64,000 bases of DNA from the sequence record MK250019.1, one strand, 5' to 3'. The notes under the pieces were generated by a model. That model searched no databases. It had not been told where the DNA came from and saw only the letters and a program-made list of their open reading frames with translations. Within the stretch, counting starts at the first letter, position 1. Each line of letters opens with the position of its first letter. Below, one piece after another: positions 10,791 through 22,909 of the stretch. The position numbers and the translations under genes were made by a program.

Positions 10791-12056
10791 ATGCCTATTA
10801 TTGAGAAAACAAAGTATTCATATAATGATTTGACTATTGAGCCTGCGGTAATTAGTTCAATTAAGAGTAGAAAGGAATGTGATCCATATGAGCGTATGGA
10901 TGTAAATATGAGAGATTATCTTCCGTTGTTTACTGCACCAATGTCTACTATTGCAAATGAACATAATTTTAATATATGGAAGAAGAATAAGATTATGCCT
11001 ATGTTGCCACGAAATATTGGTGCTGATCCAAATGGAAGTATTGATAAACGAATTAGTTATATCAAAGATTTTCTTGATAATGGTGATTGGGTTGCATTGT
11101 CACTTAAGGAATTTGAATATGTTTTTGTAGAACATAAGATGATGAGTCCTGGACAACTCTTTCCTGGTTATAATCGAACATATAGAGTATGTGTAGATTT
11201 GGCTAATGGCCATATGGAATGTCTATATGATACAATTAATAAAGCAAAGGAAATTGCAAGAAATAACAATTATAAACTTATTGTAATGACAGGAAATATT
11301 GCAAATCCTGAAACATATAGATGGATTTGCAAACATGCTGAAGTTGATTATATTAGATTGTCTGTAGGAAGTGGATCAAATTGTATTACGGCTACGCAGA
11401 CCTCTGTTCATTATCCTATTGCATCATTAATTGATGAATGTAAGTATATAAAGAATGTATACGAAGGTAAATCTTATGCTAAATCAACACCTTATATTAT
11501 TGCTGATGGTGGTGTTAGAGGATATGCAGATGTTATTAAGGCTATTGCTCTTGGTGCAGATTATGTAATGATTGGTAGTTTGTTTACAGGATTACTTGAA
11601 TCTGCTGCACCTCTTGATATTGAGTGTTATAATTCACATTATAAGTATGGATATGCAGAAGGTATTATTAATGATGGTATTAATAATATTCTTAATCTTT
11701 GGGATGGTCTTGAAGATGAAGATGATAATGATACATTAGTACCAATTGATAATAAAGAATTGGAGCAGAAGAAGAAAGATTTCATTAAGGATATGAAAGA
11801 TATTGTAAAGGAATCTTATGGTATGTCTACAAAGAAGGCTCAGAAGTTGATTAATCCAAATGCAAAGTCAAAGACTTCTGAAGGATGTACGAAGTATATT
11901 CATGTAAAGGAAACTGTTAAGCAGTGGTCAGATAATATGATAGATTATTTCAGGTCAGCAATGAGTTATACAAATAAGAAATATATTAATGATTTCAGAG
12001 GAAAAGTAGATCTGATTATTAATAGTTCATCTGCAATTCTTGCAGTAAATAAGTAA
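10791..12056 (+). CDS. IMP dehydrogenase / GMP reductase family protein
   Basis: LPLFTAPM, catalytic loop SVGSGSNCIT, IADGG, ALGADYVMIG, SEG, RSAMSY. Confidence 0.9.
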   Translation: MPIIEKTKYSYNDLTIEPAVISSIKSRKECDPYERMDVNMRDYLPLFTAPMSTIANEHNFNIWKKNKIMPMLPRNIGADPNGSIDKRISYIKDFLDNGDWVALSLKEFEYVFVEHKMMSPGQLFPGYNRTYRVCVDLANGHMECLYDTINKAKEIARNNNYKLIVMTGNIANPETYRWICKHAEVDYIRLSVGSGSNCITATQTSVHYPIASLIDECKYIKNVYEGKSYAKSTPYIIADGGVRGYADVIKAIALGADYVMIGSLFTGLLESAAPLDIECYNSHYKYGYAEGIINDGINNILNLWDGLEDEDDNDTLVPIDNKELEQKKKDFIKDMKDIVKESYGMSTKKAQKLINPNAKSKTSEGCTKYIHVKETVKQWSDNMIDYFRSAMSYTNKKYINDFRGKVDLIINSSSAILAVNK

Positions 12057-12152
12057 ATAATTTTATTCATCATTTTAATATTAGGATGAAATACTTAATT
12101 ATGAGTATTTCATCCTTTTTTAATAAATATATAAAAAGAAAAATTACCTAAT

Positions 12153-14342
12153 ATGTCAAAAATAAAGAATTATCAAAAGTTAGATAAAAATTCTGTATTT
12201 AATAATTGTAGTTATGCATAGTCAGCAGGTGTTTATTATAATTAGGAAGGTTTTTCTAATGTAACAAATAAAATTTAGGATATGGGAACATATAATCCTG
12301 ATAAGTATATATTAGGAAATATAACTAAACCAAATAAGAAGACATTTGTTAATTATGATAAACATGAAATAATTAATAAAGGAAATAATACAAAAATTAA
12401 CATTAATAATATAAAGAATAATAAGGAAACATATGCGTATGTTTCTGGTATTATGGTTCCTACTATTGAAGCTGAAGTAAAACCTATTACAGAAATATTA
12501 AAAGAAACTGAAAATAATATTACAAATTCAAAAAATATAGTTATTAATAGTAAAGAATTTAAAGAATTACATAAAGAAGAAAAAGTTATTAATAATAAAG
12601 ACGTTAAACAAGTAAAATGTAAATCATCTGTAAATTTATTTTCTAAAGTATTTGAAAATAAACAATAGAATGATATTAATGATGATAATGTAATATATTT
12701 AAATGGTTGGGTATGGTTAAATAGATTTAATAAACCATATGCACATAATTTTGGTGATGATATAAATTTTTCATTTTTGACAGAAATAACAGGTAAGAAA
12801 CATAAGAAATATGATAATGAATTTGTAACAAATTATTTAATGATTGGAAGTATTTTTATTGATAAGTATATAAATGATTTTACAGAAGTATGGGGTAGTG
12901 GAATGTTAAGACATTAGGTATTATATAAAAAACCAAATAAAGTATATGCAGTTAGAGGTCCAAAAACACGAGAGATCTGTTTAGCATCAAATATAGATTG
13001 TCCGGAAATATATGGAGATCCTGCATTATTAATACCATATTACTATTATCCTTATGTAATGAAAAAATATAAATTAGGAATTATTCCACACCATTCTCAT
13101 ATTAATTCAGATATATTAAATAAATTTAAAGATAATGAAAATATTAAGATTATTAATTTTACAAAATATAATGATTGGAAAGATATAATTAAAGAAATTG
13201 TAGAATGTGAATTTATTATATCTGAAAGTTTACATGGTTTGATTATATCAGAAGCATTTAGAATTCCTAATATATGGATTTCATTAGGAAATAATATAGG
13301 ATAGAATTTGAAATATGAAGATTTCTTTTTATCTATTAATAAACCATTATATGATTCATATTTAGTAAATGAAGATACAACATATGAAGACTTATTAAAA
13401 TTAAAAGATAATTATAATTCAACATTTGAAATAGATTTACAAAAATTAGTTGATGCTTGCCCTATAAAATTAAAGAATTTAAATTTATATAATCAGATTA
13501 AACCATATACAGGAAAAGTATTATTATGCTGTATAGGAAAAATGGAAAATAATTATATACGAGAGTTTGTAGAATATTATAAAACAATAGGATTTGATAA
13601 TATATGTTTATATGATAATAATGATATAGATGGAGAACATTTTGAGGATGTAATAGGTGATTATATAGATTCAGGATTTGTAATATTAAAAAATTGGAGA
13701 GGAAAAGAATTAGCATAGATTCCATCATATACAGATTGTTATAATACATATAAAGATGAATATGATTGGATTGCATATTTTGATATAGATGAATTTTTAG
13801 ATTTAGCTTGTAATAATATAAAAGAATTCTTATCAGATGATATGTATAATGATAGAGGTATAAATTGTATAAGAGTTTGTTGGAAACAATTTACTGATTC
13901 TAATATTATTAAAACAAATGGAAATTATTCAATAACTAAATTTAATCAATATATACCATTAGATAAAGATAAATATTGTGCATAGACAAAAATTATAATT
14001 AAAACGTAGTTAGATAATATCATATTTGATTCACCACATGGTGTTATATATAATAAAGATTGTCATATTACATGTGCAAATACAAATGGTGATTTATGTA
14101 CAAATGATATAATTATAAATAATCCTACATGGGAAAATGCATGTTTAAATCATTATCGTTTTAGAACAATAGAGGAATATGTATTAAATAAAATGGTAAG
14201 ATTATGGCCAACAACATATATGAATGGCGGAAAAATGGGATTAAATTTAAATTTATTTTTCAGATATAATACATTTTCATAGGAAAAATTAGATTATGCA
14301 AATTATCTTTTAGATAAATATAATATAAGTAGAAATGAATAA
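12153..14342 (+). CDS. fused polysaccharide pyruvyltransferase (ExoV-like) and GT92/GT2-like glycosyltransferase (729 aa, code 15)
   Basis: single frame with 10 in-frame TAG and no TAA/TGA; NFGDD, GSI, VWGSG, AVRGPKT, GDPALL, LGIIPH, SESLHGLI; then FDNICLYDNN, WIAYFDIDEF, LNHYRFRTIEEY. Confidence 0.85.
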
Positions 14343-14445
14343 ATGAAAATAAAAGAGCAATTAAATATTTTTATATAGTGCAAAATTATATAGAATATTA
14401 ATTGCTCTTTTTTGATAAATATAAAAAATAACATGTTATATTTAA

Positions 14446-15411
14446 ATGAATAAAGATATACGTCCACCTCAGCATGTATTACATGTTTTCGATCCTAATA
14501 GAAAATGTAGACCACATGATGAAGTTGAGTTTATAGAAGGTCGTTATGTTGATATTGTAAATGCAAAGAATAAGGATCCACATACTTTGTATTTCGGTAA
14601 ATCAAAGAATTCTGAGCTCTTAACAGGTATTTTTTTAGGTGATCTTGAACTTACTTCAAAAGTAAAAGATGTATCTCTTGTTTCTGTTGATGGTGTTGTA
14701 ACATTATCTATTAAATATGTTAATTCTGCTGGTAAACTTGCAACTGTAAAAACAAATTTACCTTCATAGAAACTTGTTGAAGATATTAAAAAATTATTAG
14801 AATCTTTTGATACAAGTATTCTTAATAAAATTAACACATCATTCAGTGATGTATATGATAGATTAAATGTTATCGATTCATCAATAGTTGATATTAATAA
14901 TCATCTTACAGTTATAGATACTTCTGTAGGTGAATTAACAACAAGAGTAGATACATTAGATACATCATTATTAGGATTAATAGATGAACTTGATCATGGT
15001 AAGTATAATTATACAATACATGAAGATCCTGGAACATATGCAAACGGTTTCAAAAAAACATTTACTTTATTTAAAGGTGATGAAGAACAAAAAGATTCAT
15101 CTAAGATTGAAGTAACTGATATGGTGTTGAAATAGTTAAATTATGTTAAAGATAATAATGTAATTGAAGCAAAAGTTTGGCCAGAACCTATTAAGTCAAT
15201 CGATTTAATCGGTGATGTTCTTACATTAAAAGATGGTACAGTTATTAAAGATGTTATTTCATCTCTTGATAAAGATTTAATTAAAACTGTATCATTAGAC
15301 ATGAAAGGTTATGACGAACATATTAATGACTTCATGAATACTGATTCATCTATTAATGACAGATTAACTTTTGTAGAAAACCAATTGAAATGGGAAGAGT
15401 TAGATAAATAA
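14446..15411 (+). CDS. putative virion fibre/structural protein 1 (321 aa, code 15)
   Basis: 2 in-frame TAG; coiled-coil-like D[ST]S repeats; ends LKWEELDK. Confidence 0.7.
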
Positions 15412-15454
15412 AAAAGAGAAAATAAATAATAAAATTAAATCTATTAAATTTAAT

Positions 15455-17029
15455 ATGAATAAAAATATGGTTTATAGTGCTAATGAAGCAACTTCTTTAA
15501 CTGATAAAGTTGCAGATTTTACAAAGGGTAAAAACATTCACTTTGGTTCTGGTGCATTTGAAGAATAGAAAGTTGTTGCTATTGCAACAGCAGCTGAATC
15601 TGATGCAAAGGTTCGTTTCGTATATGATGCAATAGGTGATTCTGGTATGGTATTTGTTGGTAATCAACTTGCATCTTCTAAGATTCTTGACATTACAACA
15701 AATAAAGTAGCAAAGAAACATTTTGATCCTGAAACTGGTAATTATGTAGAATCAACTACAGAAAAAGTTGCAACTAAGGTAACAGTTACATGGTTTGGTT
15801 CTCAGGAAGATCCAAAAGATAATGTTGTAAAGACACAGACATGGACTACTGTATTTGATGTTATTGATACAGATACAGTAAAAGCAATGATTGATAAAGC
15901 TTCAGCAGATTTAAATAAATCAGTTGATGATTTAAAAACAAAGCATGAAGCAGACGTTTTACGTTTAGATACATCAGTTAACGGCATTGAGACACTTCTT
16001 AAGAGCGATGTAGTTTCAGCTGACACGGGTAGTGCACTTACAGTAACTCATACTGCTGCTGATGCAACAGGTTATAAGACTTATAAGGTTGCAGTTAACG
16101 TAGATGATGCAGAAGGTTCAACTATTAAGGTTGTAGATAATAAGATTAAGATTGCAAAGTATGCAATTAAGCAGGTTGCTGCGGATTCTATGGAAAAAGA
16201 TGCAGATACTAATGAAACAAAGTATGCATCTGAATATCAGTTAATGATGACTGATGCTGATGGTGTTACAAAGGCAGTTGGTGATAAGATTAACATTGCA
16301 AAAGACTTCTTAGTAACTAAGGCACATGTATGTACATTTAAGTATGTTGCTGAAAATGGCGCAGAAATTAAGTATGATGTACAACTTGAAGATCAATGGG
16401 GTAATTCTCCAGCAGTTAAATATGGAGATGAAGTAACATCAGAAAATCAGCTTCCATGGTCTAAGAATCAGGATGGTACATGGGAACAAGCACGTCTTGG
16501 TTTCGGTATTAAGTATGGTCATTCATATTTACACTTAGTTATCAATACTAAGCCAACTAATACAAAAGCTGCTAGACTTGATGATGTTTATCTTGATTTT
16601 ACAGAAATCTTTACAACATTCAAGGGTGATGATAAATTCATCAAGGTTGAGAATGGCGTTGTTTCTTTGGATATTGATGCTGTTTCATCTAAAGTTGATG
16701 AAAAACTTAAGGTTAATGATACATTCACAGAACTTAAGGCAAAAGATGAAGCAATTGAAGGTCGTCTTAATGGATTAGATACATCTGTAAGCAATATTGA
16801 GAAATCATATGTAACAGATGCATCTCTTGAAGCGCCAAAGGCAGATAATGCACAGTTCAATACTTTAAAGATTACAAATCATAAAGTTGTTGATGGTGTT
16901 GCAAAAGACACAGAGGTTACTGTAGATGTTGCAAATGAAAAATATTATGCAGGATTAAATACAGCATTAAATACACTTACAGAAAATGATAAACATCTTT
17001 CTGCACTTCTTACATGGGAAGAACTCTAA
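15455..17029 (+). CDS. putative virion fibre/structural protein 2 (524 aa, code 15)
   Basis: ATG 15455 in frame via one TAG; SSKILDITT motif; ends LTWEEL. Confidence 0.75.
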
Positions 17030-17131
17030 TTAATTTTTAATTAACTTTAATAATATAATGGGATAACTGATAATAATTCAATTATCCCATTTTTTAGATA
17101 AATAAAATAAAATATAAACTTTATTAATAAT

Positions 17132-19075
17132 ATGGCTATTACTATTAAAAAGTCAATGATTAATGGTGCTCCAGTTATTTTTGGCGCTCCTGCTGATGCA
17201 GATACTGCAAAAGGTGTAGAAGTAAAATTTGGTTATGGTACACTTGAGAATGTACTTGCAAAAGTTGGTACTGCAGATGACGGCGTAATCTATTTCGGTT
17301 ATGATGATGCTAAATCAACTGGTGCAATTGTTTCACGCGGTAAACTTGTTTCTTCAAAAATTCTTGATATTACAACAACTGCTGCTGTAACAGGAGAAGG
17401 TGGTAAAGTAACAAAAGAAGCATAGATTGTAATTTCTTATATTGATACTGATAAGTCTGTTAAAACATTAGAAATTCCTGTTTCTGCTGATGGTAAATTA
17501 AAAGATCTTGCTGATAAGATTGAAGCTCTTAAAACATTAGTAGGTACAAAGGCAGATACTAAAGATACTGATACAGTATTCGGTGCAATTGCAAAAGAAA
17601 CAGATCGTGCAACTACTAAAGAAACTGCAATTTCCGATCTTCTTGGAACAAAGGATGATGATAAAACAAAAGAAACTGCATTTGGTAAGATTGCTACTGA
17701 AGTAGCGCGTGCAACTGATGCAGAAACAGGATTATCAAATAGAATCAAAACACTTGAAGATAAAAAGTATACAACAGTTAATGCAAAAACAGATGGTCAT
17801 GTAAAAGTTGCTGTTTCTGATGATAATGTTGTAACTGTAACAGAAGATGATATTGCATCTGCTGCACTTCTTGGTACTGTTGATGATGTTGCTGGTACTG
17901 CAACTGCATTTGGAAAGATTGCTAATGAAACAACGCGTGCAACTGATGTTGAAGGTAAGTTAGATACTCGTGTAACTAATATTGAAACACTTATAGGTGA
18001 TGCAGAAAAGCCAGATGAAGATAAAGTAATCAATAAAGTAACTGAAGTAATTGATTGGTTCAAAGGCGTTTCTGAAACCGAAAAAGGTGCAACACTTATT
18101 TCTGATGTTGCTGCTAATAAAACAGCTATTGGTACAAAAACTGTAGAAAATACTAATAGCATTTATAAGAGAATTGAAGATCTTGAAGCAAAGAAACATA
18201 CAAAAAGTGATGTAACTGCTGATGCTGGTAAATGTGTATCAGGTATTCGTGTTGATGAAAATGGTGCATTAACAATTGATCAAGCTGAATTATCTGCTGG
18301 TAATATTAATGCTACTGCAATTGTAGCAGGTGATGATACTGTTGCAGTTGAAGGTGATAAGGTTGCTTCATAGATTGAAAGTTTAGCTAAGTCTATTAAG
18401 ACTGCTACAAAGTCTGCTGATGATGCAATTAAGGCACTTGATGTTACAGATACTGCAGTAGAAGGAAAATATGTTTCTGCTGTTTCTGAAGAAGATGGTA
18501 AGATTACAGTTACACGTGCAGATCTTCCTACACTTTCTGTTAAGACAGGTTCAGAACAATTTGCAGCTGTTAATAACCATGAAGTTGAAATCAAGACTAC
18601 CGCATTAAATACTGTTGGTCTTACAAAGACTGAAGCCGGTAAATGGCAAGCAGGTACTGCTGATGCAAAATCAACTGGTCTTGCAACTGCTGCAGATGTT
18701 GCCGCAGAAATCGTATCAGATGAAGAGGTTATTGCAACAGCTCTTAATGACCATGAAAATCGTTTAAAGACAGTAGAAGGTAAAGAAATTACTGTTTCTT
18801 CTGCTAAGTATGATGTTGCTATTTCTGTTGCAGAAGTAAAAGATAGCGATGTTGTTACTACAGCTGCAACTAATTTCAATGTTACTGGTGGTAAAATTAC
18901 ATTTACTATTCATAATGGTGATAAAGCTGTTGCAGAAACAATTACTGCATATACAGAAGATACTGTTAAATCTCTTGTTGAACTTTATGCAAAGGAAAAA
19001 GCTCGTGCTGAAGCTGCAGAAGCTGATCTTGATAAGAGATTAACTTGGGTTGAATTGAATAAGCAAGACAAATAA
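17132..19075 (+). CDS. putative tail-fibre-like protein 3 (647 aa, code 15)
   Basis: TAG at 17423 and 18371 read through; repeats FGxIAxExxRAT; SSKILDITT; ends LTWVELNKQDK. Confidence 0.75.
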
Positions 19076-19092
19076 TAATTTAACATAAATTT

Positions 19093-19132
19093 AAAATGAG
19101 ACTTAAAGTCAGACTTAAGTCTCATTTTTTTA
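19093..19132 (+). terminator. intrinsic terminator
   Basis: aaaatgagacttaa...ttaagtctcatttt stem followed by T-run. Confidence 0.75.
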
Positions 19133-19177
19133 TATAAACTCTAAACAAACAGTGTTTAATTTTAACATAAGAATATT

Positions 19178-19828
19178 ATGGATCAAATTACAAAAGAAAG
19201 AAATAAACAAGAGTTTATAGAGTTATTGAGAAGTACAAAAAGAGAAGGTATTGAAGATTTAATTAACTGGTTATCAGAGAAGTCTGATTTCTTTGAAGCT
19301 CCATCATCTACAATTTACCATTGTAATTATCCTGGAGGTCTCTGCCAACATTCACTTAACGTTTATTATGCAGCACGAGACTTCTATGAGACTTATAAGA
19401 AACTATCTCTGCCAGAGAAAAATGTAGAGTCCATCCCAATGGAATCTATTATCATAACTGCACTTCTTCATGATTTATGTAAAGCAAATAACTATAAGAT
19501 TGTTGAGAAGTTTAAGAAAGATGAATCAAACCAATGGTTCAAATACTATTCATATCAGATTGATGAAAAACTTCCACTCGGTCATGCTCCAAAATCTATT
19601 TTTATTGCACAAACATTTATCAGACTTTCAGGTGAAGAATTATGCGCGATTATGTGGCATATGGGAATGTCAGATATTGGTGCATGGATGAGTAATTACC
19701 AAAAACCTTCTATGCAAACATCATATACAAAAGTTCCACTTTCTGTATTAATTATGCAAGCAGACTTTTTCGCTTCATACTGTATGGAAAAAGAAGTAGA
19801 TCAAACTGTTGAATGCAGAATTGGTTAA
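19178..19828 (+). CDS. HD-domain phosphohydrolase
   Basis: FFEAPSSTIYH, GGLCQHSLNV, LLHDLCK, WHMG. Confidence 0.85.
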   Translation: MDQITKERNKQEFIELLRSTKREGIEDLINWLSEKSDFFEAPSSTIYHCNYPGGLCQHSLNVYYAARDFYETYKKLSLPEKNVESIPMESIIITALLHDLCKANNYKIVEKFKKDESNQWFKYYSYQIDEKLPLGHAPKSIFIAQTFIRLSGEELCAIMWHMGMSDIGAWMSNYQKPSMQTSYTKVPLSVLIMQADFFASYCMEKEVDQTVECRIG

Positions 19829-19857
19829 AAATAAAAGAGAGATTAAATTGTTGATAT

Positions 19858-21513
19858 TTAATCTCTCTTTTTATATATTAAATATGGTGAATAACATTTT
19901 AAATAATCTTCCCTAATATCATCTTTATTACAATTTAGAAATTCTTTTAACATACTTTTATTAAATCTAAATTCACTACGTTTATAATTATAATAATTTA
20001 ATGTAAATTTAATTTTATCTGATTCTAATTTAAAATTTAATGTTTCATATAATTTTATATTATCAGTTTCTAAATTACAATTAACAATAATAGAATTATA
20101 AGTATAATTACATTTAAAATAATTTAATAATAGTTTTTCACAACCTATCACATATAAATTATTTTTATAACAAATTCTATTTAATATATAATTATTATCT
20201 GATATATTACTAAATGTCATACAACATAATAATTCATTATTCTTAAATAATCCTAATTTTATATCAGACTCAATATAATTATCAATATGATAAGTATTTA
20301 TAAAATCTTTACATATATTTTTATCTAATTCTTTAATGATACAATTATCTGAAAATACTTTCTGCTCAAGATGACAACTTCTTAATATAATATTTTCTAT
20401 TTTATCTATATTATAATGAATATCATCTTCCCAAAATGTTAACATCTATATATCAGTTTTAGATACTAAATCATATTTTACTTTAAATCTATTCTTACCA
20501 TTAATTCCGCAATGCCAATAAATTCCATTACATTCTATTGCAACTTTATAATCAGGTAAATAAAAATCAAATTCACGCGGTGATATTATATATCTAACAT
20601 GTTGTTCAAACTTTATATTATGTCTCTCCAATAATAATCTTATTTTATATTCTATAGACGTCTCTAAATTTTTTTCTGGATTACATATAGGACACATAAC
20701 AATATCTTTCTACTATCTATTAAAAAATGTATAATTCTTTATTGAAAATGGATTATGTATTTTACATTGATTATAAATTATAAATTCATTTTTATTATCT
20801 GAATATTTAATTTCATAACCACGTTTTAACCATTTATTTTCTATTGTTTTATGTTTATTAACTAATTTCTATTTAACATTATTTTCATTCTTATTCGCAC
20901 ATTCATTAGAACAATAATGTCTAAACCCTTCACTGAATCTATAAAACTTAACATATTTTCCACATGTAGGGCATACAGGACTTTTATTAATATGATTCTT
21001 CATTCGATATAAAATCTCCTGTATAACTGATTTATTCCTCTATAAATCATCATACCTATTCATCATGTAATCATATATACCAAATTGCTTTAACTTTTTA
21101 TTTTTACAATATTCAGATATTAATCTGTCATCTTTAATCATTAAATTCAATACATATTCATCATCAATATTTTCTTTCTACTTTACATCAGTTAATTTAT
21201 GTATTTTATTCGGATCATTTAATGAACATTTATATGAACAATATTGATTATAACCATATAAAAATCCTCTGAATAATAAAGGAATCTCTTTACCACATGT
21301 TTTACAATATAAATGTAAATCATCTGGTAATTTATAATATATCCTATATATGATTTCCTGTATATTTTTTACAGATTTAAATCTATTCATTAAATAATCA
21401 TATAAACCATGATCTTTTAACCATGATTCTTTTATTCTACATGTATTTAATTGAATTTTATTGTGTCTAAATACTGTTAATTTATCTATTATAATCTGAT
21501 CTGTTACTTCCAT
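19858..21513 (-). CDS. free-standing zinc-finger plus PD-(D/E)xK (Vsr/DUF559-like, Hef-like) putative homing endonuclease (551 aa, code 15)
   Basis: three track ORFs joined through 6 TAG in one frame; two CxxC...YCSxxC repeats; EFDFYLPDYKVAIECNGIYWH nuclease motif. Confidence 0.75.
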
Positions 21514-21609
21514 ATTTTTTATATTAATAAATGTTAAAAATGTTTTAATAAACAAATAACATATTTTACTATATAATTTAAAATTTGAATTAGAATTTAA
21601 TTGAAAAAC

Positions 21610-22422
21610 ATGGAAGAAAAGAAATATAAATTTTGTCAGATAGATCCAAATAATTGCACTGTTGAAGAACTTGAAGAAGAAGTAGAAAGACTTAAAAACT
21701 TAGGTGATTTTTACGAGACTAAACAGTTGGCACTTAAGAAATTTATTAATAGTGTTTACGGAGCAACCGCGAGCAAGTATTTCATTGCACATAACACAGC
21801 TGTTGCGGAATCTATTACACTTCAGGGACAGGATTTGAATCATTATTCAGAGAATTCTGTTAATGCATATTTTAGTGGTATATTTCAGAATGATACTGAA
21901 TTGCATAAGAAATTGGGTATTGATTCGGAAAAAGCAAAAAAAGTAAGTATTGCCAAGGGTAAAACAACAGAAACAGGTACGTTAGATGGACCCGAGTTTT
22001 CATATCTTGACGGAAACCAATCATTAACCGTGGCTGGTGATACTGACTCAACTAGCTGGAAATCAAGCATTTACGTTGATTCGGTTAAACTAAAGGTTCA
22101 AGATGCATTTAATAAATTTAAATATGAAAATAATGATACTGTATTAAAATTAAATAATGGTCAAGAAATTGTTCCAGTTCATAATCATAATATTTTATCA
22201 TATGTTGATCATGATGCTGAAGCTACATATAGACCGATAAAATATATTATGCGTCATAAAGTATATAATAAATCAAGGTTCAGAATTAAATCTAAATCAG
22301 GTAAAGAATTAGAAGTTACTGGTGATCATAGTATGATGATAATTCGTAATAATGAACTAATTACTGTTAAAGCAAAAGATATTTTAAAAACCGATAAAAT
22401 TATTACAATCGCAGGAGATTAA
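21610..22422 (+). CDS. polB: family B DNA polymerase middle fragment (motif B to GDTD) fused to N-intein
   Basis: KQLALKKFINSVYG (motif B), ITLQGQ, AGDTD, then Ser-initiated intein block A and TGDH block B; TAA stop. Confidence 0.9.
   Translation: MEEKKYKFCQIDPNNCTVEELEEEVERLKNLGDFYETKQLALKKFINSVYGATASKYFIAHNTAVAESITLQGQDLNHYSENSVNAYFSGIFQNDTELHKKLGIDSEKAKKVSIAKGKTTETGTLDGPEFSYLDGNQSLTVAGDTDSTSWKSSIYVDSVKLKVQDAFNKFKYENNDTVLKLNNGQEIVPVHNHNILSYVDHDAEATYRPIKYIMRHKVYNKSRFRIKSKSGKELEVTGDHSMMIIRNNELITVKAKDILKTDKIITIAGD
22048..22419 (+). mobile_element. split intein N-half (124 aa)
   Basis: begins with S right after GDTD; HINT-like 'KELEVTGDHSMMIIRN'. Confidence 0.85.
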
Positions 22423-22443
22423 ATTAAATGACATAACAGAAAT

Positions 22444-22686
22444 ATGATACCATATCGATCTAAAATAACTATTATAAGAAACAGTAATTTTAAAAAGCAT
22501 AATACATTATTAAATACTTTTTTGAAATTGATAGGAAGTAATTATCGTGATTTATATTATGCATTAAATCATGATTTGAATTGTATTACAATGAATGACA
22601 GATCAGAGATAAATGATAATCAAATTATATATGCGAAATATTTAGGTATTGACATTATTGATGAATCACTTAAGAGAATTAGTTAA
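22444..22686 (+). CDS. 80-aa hypothetical gene between split-intein halves
   Basis: ATG to TAA; C-terminus AKYLGIDIIDE weakly BRCT-like. Confidence 0.55.
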   Translation: MIPYRSKITIIRNSNFKKHNTLLNTFLKLIGSNYRDLYYALNHDLNCITMNDRSEINDNQIIYAKYLGIDIIDESLKRIS

Positions 22687-22777
22687 ATAGTATTATCGTG
22701 AAAAGTATTTCAATGAAGAAAATAATAAACTAATATTACAATATATTATATAAAATATATAATTAACAAAAGAAAAG

Positions 22778-22909
22778 ATGAATTACGATATACAAATAGA
22801 AGATATTGATGTAATAGAGCAATTAGAAGATTTCAATGATGAGTATGTATATGATATTGAAGTAGATGATACTCATACATTCTTTGCAAATGATATTCTT
22901 GCTCACAAT
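22778..22909 (+). mobile_element. split intein C-half (44 aa)
   Basis: blocks F/G ending His-Asn, Ser at +1. Confidence 0.9.

Noticed and set aside
12282-13718. Apparent separate small genes or pseudogene fragments (12282, 13059, 13308; likewise 37730, 52064, 54193, 59280-61811)
   Set aside because: Same reading frame, separated only by TAG; they are parts of single code-15 genes, not pseudogenes.
17437-18879. Long minus-strand track ORFs (17437-17748, 17797-18162, 18280-18879) and similar antisense ORFs such as 8451-8798, 42092-42613 and 61546-61845
   Set aside because: They are shadows of genes on the opposite strand that are continuous in code 15 and carry recognisable motifs.
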